DNA from: a virus
IMG/VR virus record: IMGVR_UViG_3300045988_135886
DNA length: 64,000 nt
Reading direction: 5' to 3' (one strand)
Of the stretch, positions 1 to 11,127 are shown piece after piece. The stretch's first letter is position 1, and each line of letters starts with the position of its first letter. The translations under genes and the position numbers were made by a program. The notes under the pieces were generated by a model that saw only the letters and a list, made by a program, of their open reading frames with translations, did not search any database and had not been told where the DNA came from.

Positions 1-1935
1 CCATTCTTTATTAAAGAGCTTCTCTGAAATAATTACTCCATCCTCCTTTGTACCCACAATACATGTATTAAAGTGCTCCATCAAAAATTCTGTACCTCTT
101 TCATCAAGAGCAAAATATCTGTCATGATATCCTTTTTTAGGTACCTTTTTTTCTTCGTCTATTATGTTTTTCAAGAAGAAACTCTCATGTAAAGCATACG
201 CTTTGAAATTCTTGATTCTAATCATTGTTTCCATCTCTTTTGGAAAGATGTCATATTCCAACGCTGAGTTAAACTGTTGCATAGTCAGCTTATCTGTAGG
301 CGTAAATACATTACGAGAAAGAAACTTTTTCATTGTTTCCATGCGATCTGGAGAATCAAGTTCATTGAAACAACCAGCTTTAATTAGAATAATCATTTTA
401 GCAGTACCAATAATCTTAGTGTCTACCATACGTTTACAGAAATCTTCAAATGAACTATAAGGCTGGTGCTCTACAATGGCACGAGCTATATCATCACCTA
501 TTCCACAAAGTCCTTTAAAAGAGAAAATAATACGATTGTTCTTTTCATCTGGGACAAAAGAAAACTTTGCTTCATTGATAAGAGGTCTGTCTACTATGAT
601 TGAACGCTGCTTAAAATTGGCTATTGCTGAAGCTATCTTTCCATACTTAGTCGATTTATTATCTTCTATCTCTTCATTAGCACCAGCATCAACAATAAGG
701 TTAGCTGCATTCCAATAAATCAATGGATAATGATAAGCTAAATTCATTTCTTGTACTGCAATAGTTGAATAAGCAACGATATGAGGGAGACTAAAACTAT
801 ATCCAAGCTGTTTTCTTATAACTTCGTTCCATACATAATCAAGCATATTAATTCGTGTACCTATCTCTAATCCATGCTTATAAAATTTATCATGTGCTTC
901 TTTCTGTAGTTTTTTCTTTTTCTTTGCGATACTTTTACGTAAGTAGTTAGCTTCAGTCATAGTAAAATCTGATATATGTTTATCCATAGATAGTTGCATT
1001 ACTTCTTCCTGCATTGTTGCCATACCATGAACAGATTTCAAATATTTTTCTATAATTCCTATTTCGCTATCATTTAACTGATATTTTTGCTTCATACATT
1101 TGTACCATTCATTGATATTGTTTTTATACCTAACAAAGGTATCAATTGGCTGTTCTTCATCTTCTCCCTGTACCATAAGACGCATAGCAGCATTAGCAGT
1201 ACCCAGTTCAGTTAAAGATCTAGGTTTAATTGTTTGGATAGCTTTAGCTCCTACCTGAGTCTGAAACTGGAATAAGTTTACAATTTCAAGATTCTCTGCC
1301 ATCTTCCACATCTCTTCTGAATCATAATCTAATACATCAGGATGAAGATATTTATTATAGGTATCTCTTAAAGTACCTTGCCATTCAATATATCCATATT
1401 TGGCTAAAAAGTCTAAACATAAATGCATGGCATCTAAGTTTTGAATAGTTAAGTAATCAAATTTAAGTCCACCACAATAAGATGAATTATCCATATCCCA
1501 TTGTGTAACAGGCTGTCCATTTGGGGCCTTCATCATTGCATTGTGTTCTAAGTAAGGAGCATCAAATATGATTACTCCACTGGCATGTATTGATCTGCCA
1601 CAAACTAGGCCCTCTATTGCCATAGCAGTATCCAATAAGCCAGGATATTTCTTACATTCATTTAAAAATTCTGTTGCAGGTTTCACATTATCTTCTTCGT
1701 TACCATATTTCATTTCAGTCAAAGAAGCTGTTTTTCCTCTGGTAACCGGAATCATTCCAGCTAAATATTGTGCTATGTCATTATCTATCCTCATTCCTCT
1801 AGCAGTAGTAAGAATTGCCGATTTACTTCCTTCTGTCTTAAATGTACAAATGTTAAGTACTTTATCATATCCATATCTTTTTCTTGTTGCTTCTATAATC
1901 CTTTGCCTTTTTGAGGCTTCTGTATCAATATCTAC
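1..1935 (-). CDS. dnaE: Replicative DNA polymerase III alpha (DnaE-type), exon 2; partial, C-terminus lies beyond the window start
   Basis: Uninterrupted minus-strand frame from 1935 to 1. It is absent from the ORF track because it has no start or stop in the window. Translation begins VDIDTEASKRQRIIEATRKRYGYDKVLNICTFKTEGSKSAILTTARG. This continues the ...RPEMPD end of ORF 3164..4549 and recreates the MPD-[IV]-DID motif of C-family polymerases. Confidence 0.8.
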
Positions 1936-3187
1936 CGAGATACTTTATGTTTCCATAAAGACTAGACTATATTTTCACCTTCGTCTTTAGCGGTCAGGTG
2001 TTTCATCTTTCAAGTGGTAGCAATCTCCACCTTACTCTCCTTTGAGATAGTCGTTACACATACATCTTGTATAGCACGGTATTACCACAGCTATCTTACG
2101 AAAGACCTTCAGGTTCTCTTAGTCAGCTTATTCGCCTTTGGACAAATGGCTTATAATTGTCATATAAGCAGTCTTAGTTCACTGATACCGTTAGCAGCTT
2201 TCGCTACACCTCTTTGCAATCAGAGTTTATGAAACTTAACACCAAATATTTCTATTCAGCTCGACCCGTTTTAAAATACTCATTTACTATTAATCTATAC
2301 TTCTGATATTTTCTATCCATATAAGTTGTAGCATGTCCATAGAGCCTATAGCACATTTCAATTGTTTGCATTGAACCGCCAATATTAAGTGCATAAATAT
2401 TGTCGTTTCTGTCCCTATATCTTTTGTCTAATTCTAATTTACTTTTTCCAAGATAGTTTTTTAGTCCGGTTAAAAATTCTTTTGTGCCAGTAAAACCAAT
2501 ATAAGCATTAATGACCTTATCATTTTTTATATCAACCGTTATACTTCCATCCCCGTCTAAATATCCACGTATAAAATCATACTTATATTGTTTTGGTACA
2601 ATAGAATCGTCTGGGAAAACAAGTTGTTTGGTCTTTTGCTCAATGCAGCCTTTTTCGATAAGTTGTTGGGCCATATGTTCACTCGCAATCAATACTCTTC
2701 CATAAACAGTATTTTCTTTATAAGAACTATTGGTGGTATATATTTTTATAGGTCCGGTAAAATTAATATCTTCTGTAAAAGCTTCTAATCGTTCCATATC
2801 TTTAATGCTTAAAGCAAGTCCCACTTTTCTGCTGTTGTGTTTTCTTTTGGATACTATATAGCCGTCTGCATATAAGAATCCCAACCAATAAGCTTTATGC
2901 TCGGAATCTATTACATCAAAATAATGTTCATTAGCACTATATTTTAAAGCTTGTTCCCTATCTGTTCTTATGTGTATATTATTTTCTTTTAATTTTTTAG
3001 ACACTGAACCCGGAGAAGTTTTAATTTCTTTTGCTATATTTGCTATTGATTTTTTATTATTGACATATTGTTCAACAATATAATTTATGCACTCTTGAGT
3101 CCATAATATTTTATTGTTAATACGCTCAACCTCCATCTAGCACTCCCTCCTTTCTTTAGATTTTTATGAGTATTTTAAATAAATTGA
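1936..3187 (-). mobile_element. Group I intron (about 1.25 kb) carrying a LAGLIDADG homing-endonuclease ORF, inserted in dnaE
   Basis: The 5' exon ends ...CCA GAT (U before the splice site) at 3188. The exon-1 frame hits a stop 7 codons into the insert. The insert ends with G (1936) directly before in-frame GTA GAT ATT GAT. The non-coding 3' 316 nt is GC-richer. It contains a GTAGC-GAAA-GCTGC tetraloop hairpin (2194-2207) and a GACTAT (2047-2052) / ATAGTC (1965-1970) pairing in an AAAATATAGTC context like the P7/S element of phage group I introns. Confidence 0.7.
2252..3136 (-). CDS. LAGLIDADG homing endonuclease (double-motif) with N-terminal HTH, intron-encoded
   Basis: 294 aa. Two LAGLIDADG motifs (WLGFLYADGYI and FIRGYLDGDGSI). 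Own GGAGG SD and ATG. Lies inside the dnaE insert. Confidence 0.9.
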   Translation of the reverse strand: MEVERINNKILWTQECINYIVEQYVNNKKSIANIAKEIKTSPGSVSKKLKENNIHIRTDREQALKYSANEHYFDVIDSEHKAYWLGFLYADGYIVSKRKHNSRKVGLALSIKDMERLEAFTEDINFTGPIKIYTTNSSYKENTVYGRVLIASEHMAQQLIEKGCIEQKTKQLVFPDDSIVPKQYKYDFIRGYLDGDGSITVDIKNDKVINAYIGFTGTKEFLTGLKNYLGKSKLELDKRYRDRNDNIYALNIGGSMQTIEMCYRLYGHATTYMDRKYQKYRLIVNEYFKTGRAE

Positions 3188-4549
3188 ATCTGGCATCTCT
3201 GGTCTACTGGCATGTAAATGCCTCCACCAAGGGATGTTATATTTTAAAGGATTAATTTGTTGCAAATTTATAAGATATGATATATAAAAAGAAGCAATAG
3301 ATCCTCGTGATGGACCAACTAAAGATCCCCCACCATCTTCTGAGTCATCCCACATCATATTGATAATATCCAATGCTGTAATATAATAAGAAGAAACTCT
3401 ATCATTTAATTTTTCACTGGTTTCCCAAATGGCTCCCAACTCATCATTAATTCTTAACATCATTGATTTTATTTCTTCTTTTGTAAGTGACTCCGAATAT
3501 TGCTTTGTCCACCATCCATCTTCGATAAGATATAATAAATATCTGTCACTCTTTTCCTTTGAGTAGGCAAAATTCTTAATATAAGGACAAAAGTCATAAG
3601 CTGTTTCAAAAGAATGACTCATTGTAAATTCTGGTATTTTAGCTTTAGGTACAATTTGTGTATGATACAAGTCATACTCTTCAACCTTCTCACCAATCTC
3701 CAGAGAACACTTCAATGCATCTTCCACTTCTTCATACCCAAGATAATCCATCCTCTGATGAATTTGCTCATTGGTCATCATCCAAGTTGATTCATAGAAA
3801 TCACCTAACTCTCTTTCTTCATCATCGCGACTGTTAAGATAAGCAGCATGAATTTCTCTATCCTCTTGTTTCAAATAGTGAACATCACAGGCAATAGTAG
3901 CTTTTATTCCTAATTGATGCTTTAATTTTACAATCTCTCGATTCAACTTTATCTGTTCTTCTGACAGCCCCGGTTGCATTTCTAAATAGAAATCTTTACC
4001 AAATAACTGCTGGTTCCAGAGGAGAAAATCCATATAATTTTCTCCTGCCAATAGAGACTTGCCTAATTCTCCTCCTAAACATGCTGTCGTTGAAATCAGA
4101 TGTCCAGGATTAGATTTAACCACATGTTCCAGATCACTTTTCAATGTAGGAACACGTTCCATCCTTCCTGTATAAAAACTGTTATCCCATGCTAATGAAC
4201 TAAGTTCTCTTAACTGCTTATGCCCTATTTCATCTTTAGCCAGAAGAATATAATGATAAAATGGAGAATCACAAGACTTCTTTCCATCTTCTGATATATT
4301 TAATTTGTCAACTAAATATATTTCATTACCAAGTATTCCTTTGAAATCTTCCGGCAGTTCACCGGAAGACTTCATGGATTTAATTGTTTGAATAAATCTC
4401 ACATGACCAGATACAGACTCATGGTCAGTGATAGCAACTCCTGAAAGTCCAAGAGATGCAGCTTGTTTTATTAATTGAGGTACTTTTACGATGCAGTCCA
4501 ACATACGAAGCTGACTAAATTCTGTATGCGCATGTGTCTCTATTCTCAC
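3188..4549 (-). CDS. dnaE: Replicative DNA polymerase III alpha (DnaE-type), exon 1 (PHP domain and start of the polymerase core)
   Basis: MRIETHAHTEFSQL...ITDHESVSGH PHP motifs; ...GPSRGSIASFYISYLINLQQINPLKY...RPEMPD. The track ORF 3164..4549 reads 7 codons into the intron before stopping. Confidence 0.85.
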
Positions 4550-5535
4550 TAGAACACCAACTTTCTCTTAGTTTCTTTCTTTATTTCTTGTCCATAAGGA
4601 TTAAGTACTGCAAATGATTTTTTCTCAGGTGTCCATAAGCTATGATACTGGCATAGACCAGAAAACTTAGGATCAGCATTTGGGGAAGTGCTGTGGAATG
4701 GACACCAGTAGCATAATGGAGTTGGTTTGGGAGGATACTCGCCTTTAATTTCCATTTCATCCATTTCATTTAAGACCTTGTCCAGTTTCTTAATTCCTCT
4801 GTTAAGATAACCTTTGGTACATACACCTTCGTCAGCTCCTTGAATAGCATCTATAAGAATAAAATCATACACATGGTCTGTTGCAGGTTGTCCATATAAG
4901 TGAATACATGCCAGATCATAAATTACATGTTGCATAGGTGTTTTTATATCTGCATCTCTAAACACGGCCTTTGAGGATTTATAGTCAGTAATCCTTAGCT
5001 GTTCTTTTGCATTCTTATCCACTCTATCAATAAAACCATGTATAATAACTCTGTCGTCATATACAAATTCAAATCTCTGTTCTACTGCTACGGGAGTCCA
5101 CTCTTTACTATCAATCCTAGATGGCAATACTTTGTTATAAAAGATATCCATCTTTTCTGAATAGTTCATACCTGACTTACTATCAGCAGTAAAAAACTCA
5201 TCAAAATATTTCTTTTTGAGGTCTTTTATACCGAGAATGTGATTATCCGACTTCTCATCAGTCTCTAAATAGCCCTCTTCTGTAATGCTTTTAAGATAGT
5301 CATAATCTACTGTCTTACCTTCCATTATCATTCTCCCCTTAAGCTCTAATGCCTTATGTAAAATAGAACCAATTTCCATAGGAAGAGACGATTTCTTTGA
5401 AAAGTTTTTGTCTACATATTTTAATTTGTGACTCAGTGGACAGTGATCAAAGTTACTCTCTTTACTGTAGGAGAGATAAGGCAGCCCCTTATCCTCCTCA
5501 GTTACTTGTCGGATTTTCTGACTGATTTCAGTCAA
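4549..5535 (-). CDS. PD-(D/E)XK exonuclease, Cas4/RecB-like with Fe-S cysteines
   Basis: 328 aa. N-terminal Cys (DHCPLSH), GFIDRVD...ITDYKSSK nuclease core, C-terminal CYWCPF...GLC cysteine cluster. Confidence 0.75.
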   Translation of the reverse strand: MTEISQKIRQVTEEDKGLPYLSYSKESNFDHCPLSHKLKYVDKNFSKKSSLPMEIGSILHKALELKGRMIMEGKTVDYDYLKSITEEGYLETDEKSDNHILGIKDLKKKYFDEFFTADSKSGMNYSEKMDIFYNKVLPSRIDSKEWTPVAVEQRFEFVYDDRVIIHGFIDRVDKNAKEQLRITDYKSSKAVFRDADIKTPMQHVIYDLACIHLYGQPATDHVYDFILIDAIQGADEGVCTKGYLNRGIKKLDKVLNEMDEMEIKGEYPPKPTPLCYWCPFHSTSPNADPKFSGLCQYHSLWTPEKKSFAVLNPYGQEIKKETKRKLVF

Positions 5536-5546
5536 TTAATGCCTTT

Positions 5547-6683
5547 CTATACATAATACGTTCCCTCCAACGCGATATCTTCCATAGTTATTTCTACTTT
5601 GTTGTCAAGCAGTTTTAATAATGTTTCTTTGCCTTTATCTGTAGGCGCATCCTTATAATCTAATACCCCATCTTTATCCCATAAGATTGATACTTTACAA
5701 TATGGAATAATCGGACGTATTTTCTTAAACAATTTATTTTTGTACAGCTCACCGTCCCATCCATACGGATCCTTATATTCCTTGTCAAAACCAAGAATTA
5801 ATTCTTCTATCTTCAAATAATCGAGTAGCAATTTGATTTGTTCATCTGAAATTTCACTGCCACATACAGCTAAAGAAAAGTCATCATCACCAAAATACGA
5901 ATGATTTTGCATAACTCCTTTCTCAGACTCAAGTAGTAAACATTTCCTACAAGTCTTAATCTTATTCTGGTTAATATGAATACCATAAAGATTATGTGAT
6001 AACTTGTGGCTTAGAAATTTTCCTTCTATATTAAGAGGTACATATTTTCCAATGTTCTCTACGTCTTCTTCATCGAGATATCTTCCTCTTATACCAATAA
6101 GATTTTGATGTCTATCTCTATGAGGAATAACTATTTGATTTGTATTACCCCAATAAGATATTTCAAATGTAGATAACGTCTCTCTGGAAATATGGTCGTT
6201 TAAAAACACTTCATGAGGAGTATATTCAAACATTTCTAATACATGCTCATCTATAGGTTCACAGTCTATAATGTCTGTAGATTTGTTTTTCCCAAACTTC
6301 TTGAGCCACGACATATCACATATATGTTTTGGTCTCTCAATATGTTCAACAGCTTTCATATCTATTTGATTAGCAATATAAGATACCGCCTGATACCAAG
6401 TATAAGTAATCCCTTGTACTCTTTTAGCTCTGATTACTAATTCAAAAATAGAGAATGATTCGCTACATGAGGTGTAGCAATGAAATGTTCTTCCAGAATA
6501 CTGATCTGTAGGTTCATGATAGTAATAAAGCTTATAACTATCGCCACCATGACAGATTGTTTGAAAGATAAGATTCCCAGATGAGTCTGTTCTATATCCT
6601 TTTGATCCTAAATCGGTAACTATCTTGATTACCTGTTCCTTTGTAAGAGCCTTTAATATTGCATTTTTATCATAGTAAGGCAT
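5547..6683 (-). CDS. DNA primase (DnaG-like zinc finger plus Toprim)
   Basis: 378 aa. CHC2-like finger ICHGGDSYKLYYYH...FHCYTSC followed by acidic Toprim-like motifs (LLLESEKGV, GFDKEY). Adjacent to the helicase. Confidence 0.7.
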   Translation of the reverse strand: MPYYDKNAILKALTKEQVIKIVTDLGSKGYRTDSSGNLIFQTICHGGDSYKLYYYHEPTDQYSGRTFHCYTSCSESFSIFELVIRAKRVQGITYTWYQAVSYIANQIDMKAVEHIERPKHICDMSWLKKFGKNKSTDIIDCEPIDEHVLEMFEYTPHEVFLNDHISRETLSTFEISYWGNTNQIVIPHRDRHQNLIGIRGRYLDEEDVENIGKYVPLNIEGKFLSHKLSHNLYGIHINQNKIKTCRKCLLLESEKGVMQNHSYFGDDDFSLAVCGSEISDEQIKLLLDYLKIEELILGFDKEYKDPYGWDGELYKNKLFKKIRPIIPYCKVSILWDKDGVLDYKDAPTDKGKETLLKLLDNKVEITMEDIALEGTYYV

Positions 6684-6691
6684 CAGTACAC

Positions 6692-8308
6692 CTAAAAATC
6701 AAATGGCATTGATCCCAATAAAGTACTCGTAGCTTCTTGTTGCTCATCATCAGTAATCTGGATATCATCAAGGCTCTCAGAATGTTCCTCAATTACTTTC
6801 TCAATTTGAGCTACAGCCACTTCAGTTTCGATCAGGTTATAATAGTTGTCTGTAATAAATAAATCTTTAGTTCTACCAGTAGAGAGATCAGCATATTGCC
6901 ATAAACGGATTTTTGTCAGTTTTCCTCTTCGTACTTTATATATGTGTCTTACAAGATTGGGTATTGGCACTCCATACATATTGTGCATAAGTTTCTTTAC
7001 ACACTCTAACTCTGCACTTGTTGGCCTCAGTGAAATTTCACCTAAGTCAATTCTATCTGCTAGAGATTTTGCACCTCTTAACATTGTTTCGTCTTTAATC
7101 TGACTATCTTTGTATGTACCATTTAACTGAGTCATTGTTAGAATAAAGATATCCAATTTCATAGCCAAATTCTTAAGAGTGTCCATGAATAAGAACAAAG
7201 TCTGATCTTCTCTCAATTTCATTCCTTTACTCATAGAAGCAACTTCAGCAATTAATTTAGCTGACATATGTATATAATCGAATACGAAATAATGACATCC
7301 TTTTTCTCTCTTATAAGTTTTAATGATATTTGATATATCTTCTATACCAAAATCATTAATAATTTCTATATATAAAGGATAAGTAGCAATATATTCAATA
7401 GCTTTATCTACTCGTTCTTCCTCATCTCCTTCATAGTCTCCATCAAGAATCTTGTTCTCTGGTACTCCGGAAACGTATGCCATAATGATAGTCTGTACTT
7501 CGTCTTCCTCTAACTCAGTAGAGATGAATAGAGATGGTTCCTCACACCCAGTGTAAATCCATTCTTTTTTATCTGTATCATAGAAATAAGGGATTGAAAT
7601 ATTACAGATATCTGCCAATGCAGTCCTTGTCTTTCCTCCACCAGAATCAGCAGAACGAAGATAGACCTTTTTAAGTCTCGCCCCTCTAGCAATAGTAGTC
7701 ATCATAGGGCTCTGTAAAGGTATTCCAAACTCTGGTTCTTCTTTCAATCTTTCTTTCAGTTCTTTCATCCCCTTACCGGCAAGCTGACCCTTTCTCGAAG
7801 AATCCATTCCATAGAGCATTTTTGCTTTCGTAATGAGCAGATCCTCTTCTTCCAGAATCATATCATTTATTGAAGTTGCATCTAATTTAGCTGCTTGCTG
7901 TTCTTGTCTGCTAGGATCAATGATTGTTTGATCATAGATGTTCCTTATGTCTACTCCACATGAATCCCAATATCTTAAAAGACTAAATTTCTTCAAGCGT
8001 TCCAGGTAGTAACTAAAATTTTCCAATTCAGCCAAACGAATGGCATCGTCACAATAATCAATTCCTTGATTATCGTTGAAAATTTTATATTGTTTCTCAT
8101 ATCTTGAAAGAAAACTATCTATAGCAAATGTATCTATAATCTCTACCCCTTGGTTGTAGAGATTATACACACATGAAAATAATATTGCGTAAAATTGTTC
8201 TTCTTCAAAGTCATACTGTGTAAGTGTGTATTCTTCCAAAAGGGAAGGTTTCTTCATAATACATCCTAAACATTGAAGAGTGGCGTGTTTGTCAATTAAC
8301 ATATTCAC
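6692..8308 (-). CDS. dnaB: Replicative DNA helicase, DnaB family
   Basis: 538 aa. DnaB-type N-terminal domain and RecA-like core with Walker A DSGGGKTRT. Confidence 0.85.
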   Translation of the reverse strand: MNMLIDKHATLQCLGCIMKKPSLLEEYTLTQYDFEEEQFYAILFSCVYNLYNQGVEIIDTFAIDSFLSRYEKQYKIFNDNQGIDYCDDAIRLAELENFSYYLERLKKFSLLRYWDSCGVDIRNIYDQTIIDPSRQEQQAAKLDATSINDMILEEEDLLITKAKMLYGMDSSRKGQLAGKGMKELKERLKEEPEFGIPLQSPMMTTIARGARLKKVYLRSADSGGGKTRTALADICNISIPYFYDTDKKEWIYTGCEEPSLFISTELEEDEVQTIIMAYVSGVPENKILDGDYEGDEEERVDKAIEYIATYPLYIEIINDFGIEDISNIIKTYKREKGCHYFVFDYIHMSAKLIAEVASMSKGMKLREDQTLFLFMDTLKNLAMKLDIFILTMTQLNGTYKDSQIKDETMLRGAKSLADRIDLGEISLRPTSAELECVKKLMHNMYGVPIPNLVRHIYKVRRGKLTKIRLWQYADLSTGRTKDLFITDNYYNLIETEVAVAQIEKVIEEHSESLDDIQITDDEQQEATSTLLGSMPFDF

Positions 8309-8898
8309 TCCCCTATTTTGCTTATATCAATCAAATCTACATTTTTCTTTTTAGGCGATACTTTTATATGCTTCTTTTTATAAATCTTATCCAAATCTAC
8401 TTTTGAAGGTTCTATACTGTCTAGCTGTGCATAAAATGCCTGAGCTTGATCATAATACCAAGGAATTAATCCAACAATGTCACTATCTTCATCTTTCCTG
8501 GCTTCTAATCCAACTATAGAAAAACAATATTCTAAAGTCTGTTCCATTCCTTCCCAAGTAAATCCTTCATACATTTTTTTGTATTTATAAGCCATTGCTG
8601 AACTTTTCGCTGTGCATTTACCCTGTATTTGCTCCACTTTACTAAAGAATTTTTCTGCTGCCTGGGCTTCACTTTCTGGAACTGCTTCAGGGATTTCAGG
8701 GAGAGCACTTTGTTTCAGCGCTCTCTCATATTGTTCCCTTTGCTTCTTCGTCAGTTTATCATTGTCAATCTTTTCTTTTTCTTTCTTGATTTTTTTATCA
8801 AGACAAGCTTTATGATAGTATCTGGTTTTTATATGAATAGCTTTCGAAGCAAGTACATTTTTATGACATACCGGGCAAATGTACATTGCCCTTGGCAT
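8305..8898 (-). CDS. Hypothetical zinc-finger protein (possible replication accessory)
   Basis: 197 aa. CPVCHK...YHKAC motif and a Lys/Glu-rich linker. Start and stop overlap the neighbouring genes. Confidence 0.5.
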   Translation of the reverse strand: MPRAMYICPVCHKNVLASKAIHIKTRYYHKACLDKKIKKEKEKIDNDKLTKKQREQYERALKQSALPEIPEAVPESEAQAAEKFFSKVEQIQGKCTAKSSAMAYKYKKMYEGFTWEGMEQTLEYCFSIVGLEARKDEDSDIVGLIPWYYDQAQAFYAQLDSIEPSKVDLDKIYKKKHIKVSPKKKNVDLIDISKIGE

Positions 8899-9896
8899 TA
8901 CGCCACTCCTAATTCAGCACAAGCATCCTTAATGTCTTCGAGAATAATACTCATAGCCTCAGTCTGCTTTTTAGTACACTGAGATACTTTCTTCCCGACA
9001 CCAAGAGTCTGCTCTACAATATCTGTCAATGTTTCCATATGATCTGAGGCAGCTAGTTTACCTCCCCAAAGGGCAATCTCTTCCTGAAGCTGTTCAAAGG
9101 ACATTGTTTCTTTTTCTTCATACATAGACTGCTGCTCATCATAGGATACTGATTTAATACCGTCAGCTTCTTCCTGTTTAGTGATTGCATCAGAAATTGC
9201 TTTCTCTAAATTATCTGCTGTAAACTCTTCAATTTTAGTTACCATGAAATCATATCTTGAACGAGCGAAGAACTTATCTGTCTGTGCAAAATAAGCAGAA
9301 GATTTAATTACATGTCCATCTTCATCTACGCCATTTGGCTCAAGGTAAGCCACTACGTCACAATTATCTACAATTGGTTTAATACAGCGCTTGTCTCCCT
9401 TAGGCTGAATAAAGCCATCTTTTTCGTCTGCATGTGCAACGAATACCACTGTATACCCGGAAGTTACTAATTTCTGAATCTGTTCCCAATAAATACGTTC
9501 ATAAATCTGATAAAGATTTACTTTGCTGTTTTCATTGGCTCCAAGAGAAATGCATCCTCCACCATATGTGTCACATACGAATTTCTGGCAAAACAGAGAG
9601 GAAGCATATACTTCATCAATAACAATAGTGGAATAAATCTCTTTAGCTCTTTCTACTGTTTTAGGATCAGTAAGTTCTTTGATGTACTTAGTGAACATTC
9701 TCCAGTTGTTAATCATTTTATGTTTAACTCCTGCCTGAGCACCTAAACCATTCTCACACATGAAGAACAAAGCATTCTTCATCTTTGCGCAATTATAAGT
9801 TTTTCCCGTATTGTTTGTGCCATAAAGCATAATTACTTTTCCTTCAAGACCATGTGCTACAACGCTTACTTCTGGTTCAAAAATACTATCTGTCAT
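8898..9896 (-). CDS. AAA_24/Sak4-like ATPase
   Basis: 332 aa. Walker A YGTNNTGKT near the N-terminus and Walker B VIDEV. Lies in the replication module. Confidence 0.6.
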   Translation of the reverse strand: MTDSIFEPEVSVVAHGLEGKVIMLYGTNNTGKTYNCAKMKNALFFMCENGLGAQAGVKHKMINNWRMFTKYIKELTDPKTVERAKEIYSTIVIDEVYASSLFCQKFVCDTYGGGCISLGANENSKVNLYQIYERIYWEQIQKLVTSGYTVVFVAHADEKDGFIQPKGDKRCIKPIVDNCDVVAYLEPNGVDEDGHVIKSSAYFAQTDKFFARSRYDFMVTKIEEFTADNLEKAISDAITKQEEADGIKSVSYDEQQSMYEEKETMSFEQLQEEIALWGGKLAASDHMETLTDIVEQTLGVGKKVSQCTKKQTEAMSIILEDIKDACAELGVA

Positions 9897-9926
9897 ATGT
9901 AATCTCCTTTGATTTTACTATTTATA

Positions 9927-9945
9927 TTTTTTACAAACTTGTTTA
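9927..9945 (-). repeat. Copy 1 of the 19-nt motif TAAACAAGTTTGTAAAAAA (minus-strand reading)
   Basis: Identical 19-mer also at 39386-39404 and 39476-39494. Here it sits between the SSB-like stop and the ATPase SD. Confidence 0.7.
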
Positions 9946-9949
9946 TAGA

Positions 9950-10870
9950 TTAAAAATTAGGAAGTTTTGGTCTAGCTTTAGTTGTTGCGGCAGAAGCTGC
10001 TGTCTCTGGCTGTTTAGCTTTTGCTTTCTCTTCCTCTAAGCGAACTTCTCTATCAGTAATTGCCTGAGAAATTGCACCAATGTCATATGGTTCTGGAGTT
10101 GGTGTTTCACTATCCTCGCCGTAAGCATCAGAAGCATTTGTAATAATCATCTCATTTTTATAGATAGTTTTCTTCTCAAATCTTGGTTTACCAATTTTTA
10201 CAGGAATTTCTTTTGTGATTTCTGCACGACTATTTACAATATCACCATAGAACTTAACAGTCTGATTTGGTGTATAATCATCTAAAATTGCTTCTGCAAT
10301 TCCATCTTCTGCTGGAGCAACTAAAGTCATTGGTTCAATTCCTGAATAAGTAGGAACCCATCCTTTTACGATAGCACGACCTGTCTCTTCACCTTTATTC
10401 TCGCCAGATGTATAAAGTTCTGGTGTAATAGAAGCAATTGCCATTTCTACTTCAAACCAAGCACGAGGCTCAAATTTCTCTGGATCTCCATCATAACGAT
10501 TAAAAAACATTGTCTGGTAGGAGACACCTACATGCACCTGTTTGTCTTTTCCGACATAAGAGCGAGGTCTGATCTGACCATTTGTAACAGTTACTCTTGT
10601 AGCTGCATCTTTACCAACTTTAGCAATAGACTGATATTCTCTCATTACAGTTTCAATGCCTGCATAACAGCCATTATCTGTACCGTCATTTTTCTTTTCA
10701 TTCACATATACTCTAAATGTTACGAAATTAATGTCTCCTGTCTGCACTGTAATGTCACCACTAATGACTTTTTTACCATCTCTTACTGATTCTTCCAGTG
10801 TGTTTTCGCTTACAATACCAACTACTTCTACTTTTGTGTCTGCCTGTCTTAAATTTGTTTTTTCACTCAT
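9950..10870 (-). CDS. Putative single-stranded DNA-binding protein (uncertain)
   Basis: 306 aa. Position in the replication module. Acidic/Pro-rich tail ending ...KLPNF, like SSB C-terminal tips. The fold cannot be verified by eye. Confidence 0.4.
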   Translation of the reverse strand: MSEKTNLRQADTKVEVVGIVSENTLEESVRDGKKVISGDITVQTGDINFVTFRVYVNEKKNDGTDNGCYAGIETVMREYQSIAKVGKDAATRVTVTNGQIRPRSYVGKDKQVHVGVSYQTMFFNRYDGDPEKFEPRAWFEVEMAIASITPELYTSGENKGEETGRAIVKGWVPTYSGIEPMTLVAPAEDGIAEAILDDYTPNQTVKFYGDIVNSRAEITKEIPVKIGKPRFEKKTIYKNEMIITNASDAYGEDSETPTPEPYDIGAISQAITDREVRLEEEKAKAKQPETAASAATTKARPKLPNF

Positions 10871-10935
10871 AAATAATGTCTCCTCTTATAAATAATATTG
10901 TTTGGTATATTGATAAGCGTTCATGATTGAACGAC

Positions 10936-11127
10936 TTATTCACTAAATCTCATGCTAACTCTATCTAAATATTCTTCATCTGACAGATTAGCGAATCTAA
11001 TAACTGTATATATGCCTTTGCATTCTGGGCATCTATTATTTTTTCTTTCATTCCATTCAAATACTGAAGCACAACGAGTGCACTGGCATAATGTTGTTCG
11101 TGTTTCCATCTCATGCCTCCTCTTCAA
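10936..11127 (-). CDS. Small zinc-ribbon protein
   Basis: 63 aa with CQCTRC...CPEC. Confidence 0.55.
   Translation of the reverse strand: MKRRHEMETRTTLCQCTRCASVFEWNERKNNRCPECKGIYTVIRFANLSDEEYLDRVSMRFSE

Noticed and set aside
164-2232. Plus-strand track ORFs 164-460, 476-718, 1568-1990 and 2014-2232
   Set aside because: They lie antisense to the continuous dnaE exon-2 frame or inside the intron core. They have Leu/Ser/Phe/Ile-rich shadow composition and no SD sequences.
2252-3187. Intein interpretation of the LAGLIDADG insertion in dnaE
   Set aside because: The exon-1 frame stops 7 codons into the insert. The endonuclease ORF has its own GGAGG SD and ATG and is not in a continuous frame with either polymerase half. 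A 316-nt ORF-free structured segment follows it. These features fit a group I intron, not an intein.
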